Assembly: GCA_964036045.1 (NCBI GenBank)
Contig: OZ038379.1
Span: 44,640,001-44,704,000, forward strand
Origin: Eutreptiella sp. 'Long Island Sound 2002'
Lineage: Eukaryota > Protista > Euglenida
Length of the DNA: 64,000 bases
Reading direction: 5' to 3'
Shown: positions 49,213-60,406 of the stretch, one piece after another
How the letters are laid out: each line of letters starts with the position of its first letter
Numbering within the stretch: position 1 is the first letter of the stretch
Position numbers and translations under genes: made by a program
Notes under the pieces: generated by a model
Databases searched by the model: none
The model's input: the letters and a program-made list of their open reading frames with translations, nothing else
Told to the model about the DNA's origin: nothing

Positions 49213-49890
49213 GGTCGGTTACGTAATGATAGGGTTTCGGTGTTACTGTCATGTCCGTGGGTATGGTGGTTCGCGGGTGTGGAGCATCACGGCGTGGCAG
49301 ACCTGTTTGACGCCGTTCTTGTTTTGACCCGTGCACCCCTGGCTGGTTTAGTGTTGGCCGGCTTGCGTGTGGTCTGTTTATGGGCACGTCGCGGCTGCAG
49401 CTGCGCTGTGGTTGGTGGGCGGTGGTCTTGGCCGCCTCATGGTCAGTTCGTTTAGCGGGGGTTCCGTCATGCTGCTGCCTGAAGTGGTTCCTCTAGCCGG
49501 TTTGTTTGTGTCGGCGCCGGTTAGTCGCGTCTTGGGTCGTCCTTTTTCTGCGTAGTGTAGTGTGTTTATGTCCGTCGGCGGGTTGTGTACTGGTAGAGTT
49601 GCGGTGTTTCGTCGTGTCCCTGGGCATGGTGGTTGGCGAGTGTGGCGCACCATGGTGTGGCCCACCCGTTTGACGCCGTTCCTGTTTCGACCCACGCATG
49701 CCCGGCTGGTTTAGTGTTGGCAGGCTTGCGTGTGGTCTGTTTATGGTCAGGTCGCGGCTGCAGCTGCGGTGTGGTTGGTGCGCCGTTGTCTTGGCCACTC
49801 TATCGTTGGCTTGGTTAGCGTTGGTTCCGTCGCTCTGCTGCCGGATTTGGTTTCTGTAGCCGGTTTGTTCGTGCCGGCGCTGGTCAGCTC
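49213..49890. repeat. Diverged tandem duplication, period ~365 bp
   Basis: tttgacgccgttc..ggctggtttagtgttgg..gcttgcgtgtggtctgtttatgg occurs at ~49305-49385 and ~49668-49748. Confidence 0.75.
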
Positions 49891-50719
49891 TGTCTTGGTT
49901 CGTCCAATTGCAGTGTGGTGTAGTCTGGTAATGGTGGTTGGTCGGTTGCGTATTGGTAGAGTTGTGGTGTGCTGTTGTGCTTGCAGGTGTGGTGGTTGGC
50001 GGGCGCGGTGCATTACGGTGTGGCCAGTGCGGCCGATTTGCCTGAGCTCCCCGTGTATTTCGCCGGCCGGGTATGTTGTTACGTGCTGCCTGGCTTATGG
50101 TCTGGATCCCTCCGTGCCCCCTGCTGACAAAGTTTTGAAAATTGTTACAACATGCCCAGACCGCCCTGGAGCCAGCGTTACTTGCAGAACCCGTCATCTT
50201 GTGCATCGTGGTACCCTTCCGCTTTCCTTTGGGTCTCGCTTGTGCTGATCGTATGTACACCCCTGTCGGTCCGCTATCCTCTTCGCTGCATCCCCCCGTT
50301 CCCTATGGGAGCCGCGGGGTGCTGTGCCTGCGTGTTGGTGCGGTGTTTGTGATCGCGTCTGCTGGCCCGTCGCCTTGGCTGGGTTCGCGGGGTGCCGGAC
50401 TCGCTGTGTTCCGTGCGGTGTCGTGCCTGGCGGCTCCGGTGGTGTGTGCGTCGGTGTCTCAGGGCGGTTGCCGGAGGTCAGGGTTGTTTGGTTTCGTGGC
50501 ACGTCGGCCTTTAGCGTGGGGTGGCGGTTCTCTGGGCCCCCCGCCGTCGTCGCCGCCACAAGCGTTCTGTGATCCGGCGCTCTGGTTTTCAGCTTTCTCG
50601 CAGGCTACGCACATTGGTGCTGGTGTCACATTCGTCCCTCAGCCCCCTGCTTTTGGATATAACATGCTCGCAGGTTGTGTGCCTTGACGTCGGGACCCCA
50701 TGTGCGCTGCCATGGGCGC

Positions 50720-51490
50720 CCTGTGATCTGGTGCCCTGGGGTATGATTTTCTTGGAGGTCATGCGTGCCGGCGGTACATTCGTCCCTGGACCCCTGCCCT
50801 GGGAGGTAACATTCTCAAGGCTGATGTGCTCTGGTGTCCGGGAGCCCGGTATGGCGCGCGGCGGGCTGGGCTCGGCGTAACACTCCCTTGTTCGCCGGCG
50901 GCAGCCGGCGGGCTCGTGGGTCCCGTGTGCTCGGCGCCTGGCCCACGCCCCTTCTGGCTTGTGGGTAAGGGACGTCAGGCGGAAGGATAGGTCAGTGTCG
51001 GGGCCCCCCTCTCACTCCTTGACGCTTATGGCTTTCGGGGCTGCGGGGAACGTGCCCCTGGCAACATTCTTGCAGGTTACGTACGCTGAAGCTGCCCCAG
51101 TGGTGCCGCTATGGGCGTCCTGTGACCTGGTGCCTTGGTGTATAGCTTTCACGGAGGTCATACGTATCGGCTCTGGTGGCACATTCATCCCTTGATCCCC
51201 TGCCCTTGGAAGTAACATTCCCAAGGATTATGTGCTCTGACGTTGGGGGATCCCGCATGGCGCGGCGGGCTGAGCTCGGCGTATTATTCCCGTGTTTGCC
51301 GGCGGGCCCGTGGGTCTGGTGTGTTTGGCTGCACCCCTTGGTCCACCTCGTGTCCGGCTTGTCGGAAAGGGAGGTCAGGCGGAAAGATAGGTCTGTGTCG
51401 GGGTCCCCTATCCCTTCCTTGACGCTGATGGACGGCGGGGGCGTGAGGAGCGTGGCCCCTGTCCGGGATACGTGGGAGGAATGGGGTCCG
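50720..51490. repeat. Diverged tandem duplication, period ~400 bp
   Basis: cctgtga(t/c)ctggtgcc..ggaggtcat..cccctgccc..gtaacatt..atggcgcg(c)ggcgggctg occurs at ~50720 and ~51119. Confidence 0.75.
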
Positions 51491-52229
51491 TGGGGCCATC
51501 GGGTTAGTGCTCGTGCTCTTTAGCACGGGATGTAGGGCTGCCAAGGCTGGCCCGCATTCGCGGGCGTCCGCTGCAGAAGTCGGGTGCGACTCTCGCCGGT
51601 GCGCCCGATCGACAGGCGTTGGCGGGGTGCGCTGCGCGGCTGTGCGTCGTCAGGTTTTGCGGGGGGCCCACCCGGGCAAGCTTGGCCTGCCCGGGGTCGT
51701 CGTGGCTTATGGCTGGTCCCTCAGCTGTTGGTTTGACGCCCATCGTCAGCGCCTCTGGTGTGGTCGGGCGGTCCCAGGGATGCCGCGTTGTCTCCCCATC
51801 AGCAGGTGGCCGTGCTGGGGCCAGTGCCACGTGTGTGCGGCGGTGTCCCGTCTCATACGGGCCGCGTTGTCCCTCTGCATCTTGGAGGGTCCTCCAGCCG
51901 GTGGTCGCGACTTATGCGGTGCGGATAGCCGCCGGTGTGGTGCCCCTCCACTGCCAGTGACCGGTCGCAGCGGGCAGGACATGCGTGTGCCGTGTTTGGT
52001 GAAGTGCGGCGGTCCTGATGGTGTCGCCTTGCCTGTTCGTCGGGGCGTGTTCCCGGTTTCGGCTCCCGTCGGGTTAGGACCCTGGGGGGTTCCCCAGACG
52101 TCGCACGAGGGCAGTGTGGAGGGCACTGAAAATCTGGTGCACAAGGGCTGTGTGCGCTGCTCGGGCTTCCGTCTCAGTGCGGATGGTGGGCAGCAGTTGT
52201 CCGCACAGCGCCATGCACGGATCTGGTGG

Positions 52230-53025
52230 ATCGCGAAAACGCGGCACAGGTTTCCCGTAGCGGGGGTCTCAGCCGCTCGCTCGTGTTGGGGTTTGGCCTC
52301 CAGTTGCTGTCCGCCGTCCAGGTGGAACCTACACGTCGCTGACCAGTCCTTGGTGTGCGACCAGCGGCGCTGAGCCCACCGCCAGAGGCAGTAGAGGGCA
52401 TGCCCTGGGGGCCAGCTGCCAGCTTCACCCGACACAATGGCCATCAGGGGGTCTGGGGGGTGGTTTTGAGGCAGGGGGATGGGGCCGTCCGGCAGGGCTG
52501 CGCTCGCTGGGAGCATGGAGTCGACGGCTTTCAGGTTCCAGTGGCACTCCTGCGGGTGCAGGTTGATCCGCACCTGGTAGTAGTGGCCACTTTCCAACGC
52601 GATCATTGGGATGGTGCTGGGGTCATCTTCGCGTTGTTGGGTTCCTGCGCGTGCCGTCTCAGCCCCTGGTGGGTATCGCTCCAGCATGTCCCTCAGGTTG
52701 CGCCCCCTGTCCGGGGTTGTCTTGCTTTCCCAGTCAGCCAGGCCATTGTAGGATGGGATGTTGAGGGCGTTAGCCCTCGGTTGTGGAGCGACCGATCCCG
52801 TCCCCCGGTGCTTGGCGCGGGCCTCGGCTCTGTCGGCGGCGCAATGAGCGTGTGCGCCCAGCCCAGGTGTAGGACGCTTACGCCTCCCTGGTCCGGCTGG
52901 TGGAAGTTGAACCACCAGATCCACGTGTCCACGAGGTCGTCCGCAATCTGCATCCCGGGGCTGACAAGTGCCTGGAACTGCCGCACGGCGATGTCGGTGG
53001 ATGCGGCGTGCTGCAGTGGGACCAC
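52230..53025 (-). pseudogene. Ulp1/C48-like cysteine protease domain (frameshifted)
   Basis: LVSPGMQIADDLVDTWIWWF (ORF 53025-52693), then IPMIALESGHYYQVRI, AVDSM and GNLCRVFAI (ORF 53089-51746), giving a His-Asp-Cys order as in clan CE peptidases. Confidence 0.55.
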
Positions 53026-53275
53026 GGCGAAGAGCCTGTTTGGGTTGACGTCCTGGAGGTGTCTTCAGAGGGCTGCCACCAGCCTGCACGGGGGTGTGTT
53101 GGAGTGGATGTCGTAGATTGTCTTCACTTCCTCTCCGTCAAAAAGGTTCGTGTTCCTCCGTTGTGGTGGTTTTGGGGGGTGGGGGGGGCATGGTCTGCCG
53201 GTCCTGGTCTGGTGTGGTGCCAGTTAAGGAGGGGTGCCCTGGGGCCGTCTCAGGGTGTCCCTCAGGTACAGCCCC

Positions 53276-56200
53276 TGTGAAGGGCTCTTATTGCGGGGAC
53301 ATCAGATGGGACGCGGTGGAGGGCAGGGGGCCACCGGACTCCTGAGGGCCGGATGCTTCTGTCTTTTTTTCTTCCGCCCCGGGGTCGCCTGCCTCCGGCC
53401 CTCCCTGTTGTGGTGCGTCCTCCGCGTCCCGGTGGTTTGACTGCGACACAGCCAGGGTGGGGAGCCCGGTGGCGCATTGGCCCGGTTGGTCGGGTTGCCG
53501 CTGCCCGTGTCTGGGGCTGGTGCTGTCACACCCGGCGTTCGGGGGGGGGGGGGCTTTGAGGGGTTCGTCCCCCCACCCCCTGTTCAGTTTGCTGGTCTGC
53601 TGCGGTTCCCCCGGGCGCGCGCCCGCAGCGTTCCGTCCCCCCGGCGGCAGACCGGCCGGTGACGTCGGGAGGGAGGCAGCAGACGAGCTGAATGCACCGT
53701 CTTTTGCCTGGTGGGGGCCCGTGTGGAGCGCTGCCTCTCGCGCTCGCTCCGCTGGCGTGGGAATGGTGGGGATGTGCGTCCGCTCGGTGCAGGGCCTCTT
53801 AGACCGGCGCCGGGGATCGGCAGCAGATGATGTCTGTTGGGCTGGCGGCTCGTTGGGGCTTCCACAGCCTCTGTGCGCACCCTCGTCGAAGACAACTTGC
53901 TGCGCCGCGGGGGGTGGCGCGCAGCTGCGGCGCCGGAATCAGTCATGGTTCGTAGCTTCCTGGTGCCGGTCTGGCGTTCGCAAGGCGGGCGTCCCGCCCT
54001 TCATCCCCGGGGTATGAGGGCTGCCTTGGTCCCACCACGGTGCGAATGGTCCGGGTGGCTTCCGTGTGTGCCGGAGCGGGAGGCCACAACGGGTGGTGGC
54101 CCCTGGTGGTGTCTCGGGGAGTCATGGCGTGCCGCTTGCCTTGGGGCCTCCGGGACCTCTTGGGACCGTGGTCACCGGTGTACCAAGGCGTGTCTCTGGG
54201 AGCGCAGGGACCCAGGGATGGTCCAGATGTGAAGGGCTCTTATTGCGGGGACATCGGATGGGACGCGGTGGAGGGCAGGGGGCCACCGGACTCCTTAGGG
54301 CCGGATGCTTCTGTCTTTTTTTCGTCCGCCCCGGGGTCGCCTGCCTCCGGCCCTCGCTGTGGTGGTGCGTCCTCCGCGTCCCGGTGGTTTGACTGCGACA
54401 CAGCCAGGGTGGGGAGCCCGGTGGCGCATCCGCCCGGTTGGTCGGGTTGCCGCTGCCCGTGTCTGGGGCTGGTGCTGTCACACCCGGCGTTCGGGGGGGG
54501 GGGCTTTGAGGGGTTCGTCCCCCCACCCCCTGTTCAGTTTGCTGGTCTGCTGCGGTTCCCCCGGGCGCGCGTCCGCAGCGTTCCGTCCCCCCGGCGGCAG
54601 ACCGGCCGGTGACGTCGGGAGGGAGGCAGCAGACGAGCTGAATGCACCGTCTTTTGCCTGGTGGGGGCCCGTGTGGAGCGCTGCCTCTCGCGCTCGCTCC
54701 GCTGGCGTGGGAATGGTGGGGATGTGCGTCCGCTCGGTGCAGGGCCTCTTAGACCGGCGCCGGGGATCGGCAGCAGATGATGTCTGTTGGGCATGCGGCT
54801 CGTTGGGGCTTCCACAGCCTCTGTGCGCACCCTCGTCGAAGACAACTTGCTGCGCCGCGGGGGGGTGGCGCGCAGCTGCGGCGCCGGAATCAGTCATGGT
54901 TCGTAGCTTCCTGGTGCCGGTCTGGCGTTCGCAAGGCGGGCGTCCCGCCCTTCATCCCCGGGGTATGAGGGCTGCCTTGGTCCCACCACGGTGCGAATGG
55001 TCCGGGTGGCTTCCGTGTGTGCCGGAGCGGGAAGCCACAACCGTCGGTGGCCCCTGGTGGTGTCTCGGGGAGTCATGGCGTGCCGCTTGCCTTGGGGCCT
55101 CCGGGACCTCTTGGGACCGTGGTCACCGGTGTACCGAGGCGTGTCTCTGGGAGCGCAGGGACCCAGGGATGGTCCAGATGTGAAGGGCTCTTATTGCGGG
55201 GACATCGGATGGGACGCGGTGGAGGGCAGGGGGCCACCGGACTCCTTAGGGCCGGATGCTTCTGTCTTTTTTTCGTCCGCCCCGGGGTCGCCTGCCTCCG
55301 GCCCTCGCTGTTGTGGTGCGTCCTCCGCGTCCCGGTGGTTTGACTGCGACACAGCCAGGGTGGGGAGCCCGGTGGCGCATTGGCCCGGTTGGTCGGGTTG
55401 CCGCTGCCCGTGTCTGGGGCTGGTGCTGTCACACCCGGCGTTCGGGGGGGGGGGCTTTGAGGGGTTCGTCCCCCACCCCCTGTTCAGTTTGCTGGTCTGC
55501 TGCGGTTCCCCCGGGCGCGCGTCCGCAGCGTTCCGTCCCCCCGGCGGCAGACCGGCCGGTGACGTCGGAAGGGAGGCAGCAGACGAGCTGAATGCACAGT
55601 CTTTTGCCTGGTGGGGGCCCGTGTGGAGCGCTGCCTCTCGCGCTCGCTCCGCTGGCGTGGGAATGGTGGGGATGTGCGTCCGCTCGGTGCAGGGCCTCTT
55701 AGACCGGCGCCGGGGATCGGCAGCAGATGATGTCTGTTGGGCTGGCGGCTCGTTGGGGCTTCCACAGCCTCTGTGCGCACCCTCGTCGAAGACAACTTGC
55801 TGCGCCGCGGGGGGTGGCGCGCGGCTGCGGCGCCGGAATCAGTCATGGTTCGTAGCTTCCTGGTGCCGGTCTGGCGTTCCCAAGGCGGGCGTCCCGCCCT
55901 TCATCCCCGGGGTATGAGGGCTGCCTTGGTCCCACCACGGTGCGAATGGTCCGGGTGGCTTCCGTGTGTGCCGGAGCGGGAAGCCACAACGGGTGGTGGC
56001 CCCTGGTGGTGTCTCGGGGAGTCATGGCGTGCCGCTTGCCTTGGGGCCTCGGGGACCTCTTGGGACCGTGGTCACCGGTGTACCGAGGCGTGTCTCTGGG
56101 AGCGCAGGGACCCAGGGATGGTCCAGATGTGAAGGGCTCTTATTGCGGTGACATCGGATGGGACGCGGTGGAGGGCAGGGGGCCACCGGACTCCTGAGGG

Positions 56201-57075
56201 CCGGATGCTTCTGTCTTTTTTTCGTCCGCCCCGGGGCCGCCTGCCTCCGGCCCTCGCTGTTGTGGTGCGTCCTCCGCGTCCCGGTGGTTTGACTGCGACA
56301 CAGCCAGGGTGGGGAGCCCGGTGGCGCATTGGCCCGGTTGGTCGGGTTGCCGCTGCCCGTGTCTGGGGCTGGTGCTGTCACACCCGGCGTTCGGGGGGGG
56401 GGGCTTTGAGGGGTTCGTCCCCCCACCCCCTGTTCAGTTTGCTGGTCTGCTGCGGTTCCCCCGGGCGCGTCCGCAGCGTTCCGTCCCCCCGGCGGCGGAC
56501 CGGCCGGTGACGTCGGGAGGGAGGCAGCAGACGAGCTGAATGCACCGTCTTTTGCCTGGTGGGGGCCCGTGTGGAGCGCTGCCTCTCGCGCTCGCTCTGC
56601 TGGCTTGGGAATGGTGGGGATGTGCGTCCGCTCGGTGCAGGGCCTCTTAGACCGGCGCCGTGGATCGGCAGCAGATGATGTCTGTTGGGCTGGCGGCTCG
56701 TTGGGGCTTCCACAGTCTCTGTGCGCACCCTCGTCGAAGACAACTTGCTGCGCCGCGGGGGGTGGCGCGCGGCTGCGGCGCCGGAATCAGTCATGGTTCG
56801 TAGCTTCCTGGTGCCGGTCTGGCGTTCGCAAGGCGGGCGTCCCGCCCTTCATCCCCGGGGTATGAGGGCTGCCTTGGTCCCACCACGGTGCGAATGGTCC
56901 GGGTGGCTTCCGTGTGTGCCGGAGCGGGAAGCCACAACGGGTGGTGGCCCCTGGTGGTGTCTCGGGGAGTCATGGCGTGCCGCTTGCCTTGGGGCCTCCG
57001 GGACCTCTTGAGACCGTGGTCACCGGTGTACCGAGGCGTGTCTCTGGGAGCGCAGGGACCCAGGGATGGTCCAGA
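53276..57075. repeat. Four near-identical tandem copies of a ~950-bp unit
   Basis: tgtgaagggctcttattgcgg starts at 53276, 54228, 55179 and 56128, and the array ends at ~57075. Unit lengths are 952, 951, 949 and 948 bp. Confidence 0.97.
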
Positions 57076-59576
57076 TGTTGTGCCTTTGCATGGCTGCACG
57101 GACGCGGAGGGCCGCGCGTTGGTGCCACAGCCAGTGTAGCCCGTTCATTTCATCCGGGCTATAGTTCCCGATATGCGCCATGAGCCGGGTGGCCACGTAG
57201 TGCCACTGACTGGGTTGGTCCATGGTGCTGAGGGGTGCGTGCGGTGCTGCCCAATAGCCGAAGTCGACATCCGCCAGGGTGCAGGTTTCATCCTCGAGGT
57301 GGCGTGAAGTAAGCAGCCATCAGATGCTGACTCCCAGGGCGAGCTGCTCCCCTGTGGTGATCCTCGTGATCCACAGGTCCAGGTCTTGGGCCGCCGCCTG
57401 TTCTGCTTGGGTGTTGGGGCGGCGGGCGTCTCCGTCCCAGGGCGCAAGGTCCAGATGTCCCCGCCCCCAGGCTGGGGTGGCCCACGGTGGCTGTTCGGCA
57501 GGCTCACTAGAGGTGTTGGTGCCCGTCTCCATGCGCGTTCCGCCCCCTTGGGCGCTGTGCCGGGGCGGTTCGTCCGAGTCTGCTCCCCTGCCCCGCTTGC
57601 GGTCGCGTGCCCGTCATCCGTGTTCGCGGTGTGTTCAGTCCTCGCGTCCACGGCGGCGTAATCACGCTCGAGGTGTGCCTGGCAGGAGACCGCGAGGGGT
57701 TCCCTCGAGGGGCCCCTTGTGCAGGCTCTGTATGGTCGCCTTGTGGCTCCGAGTGGCTGCGCGGGGCAGTCAGCGCTGAGTCCACTTGGGCTCCTGCAGG
57801 ACTCCATGAAGGGATTGAAAGAGTTGTCTTCGCGGGTGTGTCCTCCGGGCGACGGCCCCCGGTTGGTTGCGTGCTTGGATGTGTCCGGGGTTGTTGCCCG
57901 GATCTGGGACTCCGTGTGGGGTTCAGGTGGGCCCTGGGTCCGTGGTTCCCCGGACGTTGCGTCACCTGGTGTGCCTGTATCGCTGCGGTGTGCGTGGGAC
58001 CTGGATGGAGCGGTGCCTGCGTGACCCGCGGTCTGCGCCTTGTGGGCCGGCGGTGGTGGGGGGGTCAGCGGTGTGCCCGGTGCCCGGCGTCGGTTTCCCA
58101 GGGTCCCGTACCGGGTTGGCCAGTGTCTGGTGCCTCACTGCTTTCGCGTGCCGCCATGTCTGGCGGGCGATTGGCAGGCGGGCTGGCGTGCTGGTTGCCC
58201 GGCTGGCCCGTCATCCCGCTAGGTATCTCTGCTCTGGCTGGTCCCCGGGCATTTAGGTCTGCCATTGGCACCGGTGCTCCTTTCCGCTGCGGGCGTCCCT
58301 CCGCATCCTCCGTGGCCCCAGCACCCGTGTCCACCTTGGGCTCGTCGCGTCATGGCTGGGCGGGGGGTGCCGCTGGTGCGGCTGCTTGGTCTTTTATTCA
58401 CGTCGCCGAATGGGTTTGGCCATCTGGTACGGGTGCTGGCCTGGGCTGCCTTTTCCCGTGGCCTGCCAGTGTTCGCGTGCTACCATTCCCCTCCGCCGCG
58501 GCACCCCGTGCTGCCGGTGTCCCGCCCTGGGGATGCGGGACCCCCGTTGGGAGCCCGTGTCCTGGCGTGTCTCGCGGGGCGTCAGCCGGGACGATGGCGC
58601 GCACCGCACCGGCTTTGGGTGCAGGCTGGGGGCCGGGGGACTGCCAGATGGCGCTTCTGTGGGCCGTACTGCCGGTCCGGCTGGTGGGTCTTGGCGTTGA
58701 TGGGGTGCCCGTTTGGCCTGCGCCAGGGCTGGTGGATGGTACCCTCGGGTCGACCTGTAGGGTGCTGCTGGAGCCTAGGGATTGGGGATCGCGTCGGGGA
58801 TGTGGGCGTGGAGGCGCATGGTGCCGAGGGGTCGGACTGGTGGGTTGTGGTGCGGGTTGGGCTCCGGGTTGGCCTGTGTCGGGGCCGCTGGCCGGTGGCC
58901 GTGTTTGGACGCGTCGGGTGGCGTTTGGGGTTGTGGACCAAGGTTGCCGGCAGGGGCCCGGGCCTCGGCCCGTTTGTGGCGCATGGTGCCGAGGGGTTGC
59001 TCGGGTCGGGCGCTTGTTGTTGCCGTGTTCGTGTGGCTGGGCATGCTTCCCCTCGCAACGGGTGGTGCCTGGTGCACCCGGGTTGCTGTGGCCTCGTGGT
59101 GCTGCGGCTGGTGTCGTTGTGCCGCCCGTTTGGGTGCACGCTCTTGCTGGGCGCTTTATGGCGTGCCGGCCCCCGATGGTGCCGGAGCGCCTGTAGTCCT
59201 TGTGGTGTCGGTGGTCTGTGGCCGGTGTGGTGAGTAGGCAGTCACGTGGGGGGTGGAGGTGGATCAGCTGGAGGACGTGGAGGTCGTTGGGCTTCGTCGC
59301 GCGCTGGTCCCCGATGGTGCTGGAGCGCGTACACTTGTAGCCCGGGTTGCGGCGATGGTGCGCGGCCGGGGCTGGGTTGTGATGTTAGCGACTCTCTCTG
59401 TTGAGGTGGAGGAGCTGTGGTGTCAGGCACCCCCGGCCGTCATCCGGGCCACTGCTGCACTGCCGTACGTGCCCAGCTGTGGCGGTGGGACGAGTGGTTG
59501 GCGGGCGCGACGCGCCACTGGCACGAGTCTGTGGGGGAGGGGTATCCCCCTCCACGTTAGATAGGCCGCCATCAGC

Positions 59577-60278
59577 CTATCGGGTGCCCTCTCGGTCCTG
59601 CTCCGGCTGCGGCAGGAAAAACTCCCCACATTCGTGGCCATGGGCGCCGCGAGCCATCCCCATGGCCCATTCTGCATCCCCCACCAGCCAGCCCAAGGTG
59701 AATGGCAGGCGGGTGGTAAGGGTGAGGACGGTGGTGCGCCAGTTGTCGTGGTTCATGGGGCCAATGGGGACCCAACTGTCCAGCAGATTGCCGACGGGTG
59801 TTAGGCTGCCCCGTGGCACGCCGTAATAATGTTCGTGGTCTGGAACCCAGATTGTGGGGTCTTCCTCCCCGTCTTGCAGCGCCCACGTTGGTGCGCGCCA
59901 GGGGGGGCGGGGGGGCGGTGCCGCCACGTCCTCCTCGCCAAGGACATCCAGCCACGTAACGTCGGGGCTATCACCTTCGTCGGCGTCAGGGGGTGCCCAG
60001 ATGTTCTGGGCAATCAGGCCGCGCAGCGTGTGGAGCGTGAGGTCGTCGGTTTGGGTTTCGCGCGGCGGCGAGGCTGTGCAGAGGGTGTGCGCCCGTCTGC
60101 AAAGTGGCCAGGCATGCAGGTGGGCGATGCACGGGCTGCAGAACCAGTGCAGCGTTTCGGCTCTGCCGCAGCTGAGGTCATGTCCAAGGAGCGGAACGTC
60201 GTCATCTCCGACTCTTTCTCAGCAGACGTTGCACCGGTTCCCAGGGTCCCGCGGATGTGGGGCTTCACCGGCGTGCAT
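59577..60278 (-). pseudogene. RING-finger + Ulp1/C48-like protease reading frame (one in-frame TGA)
   Basis: Single frame from ATG 60278: CNVC*(60221-60219)..LSC..LHWFCSPCI..WPLCR, then IWVPDHEHYY..LLDSW..HGHECGEF, stop at 59579-59577. Confidence 0.6.
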
Positions 60279-60406
60279 CCTGAGGAGCGGTACAGAGCGT
60301 GGGACAATCGGGTGACCTTATGAGAGTGCGCGCGCAATCGCGCACTGCGGTGCAGTGGGTGGTGCGGTTGCAGTCTCCCGGGGTTGCCGTGTGTCAGTGT
60401 GTGTGG

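Noticed and set aside
40481-59240. Many long Gly/Arg/Pro/Cys/Trp-rich ORFs (up to 529 aa) on both strands
   Set aside because: They arise from GC-rich tandem repeats poor in stop codons, overlap in several frames and show no domain motifs. Only the two protease-like regions were kept.
2092-60221. Genome-wide UGA recoding suggested by several in-frame TGA codons
   Set aside because: The TGAs replace different expected residues (Arg at ~14108, Ser at 6317), and TAG (~7553) and TAA (16834) also interrupt conserved frames, so ordinary decay explains them.
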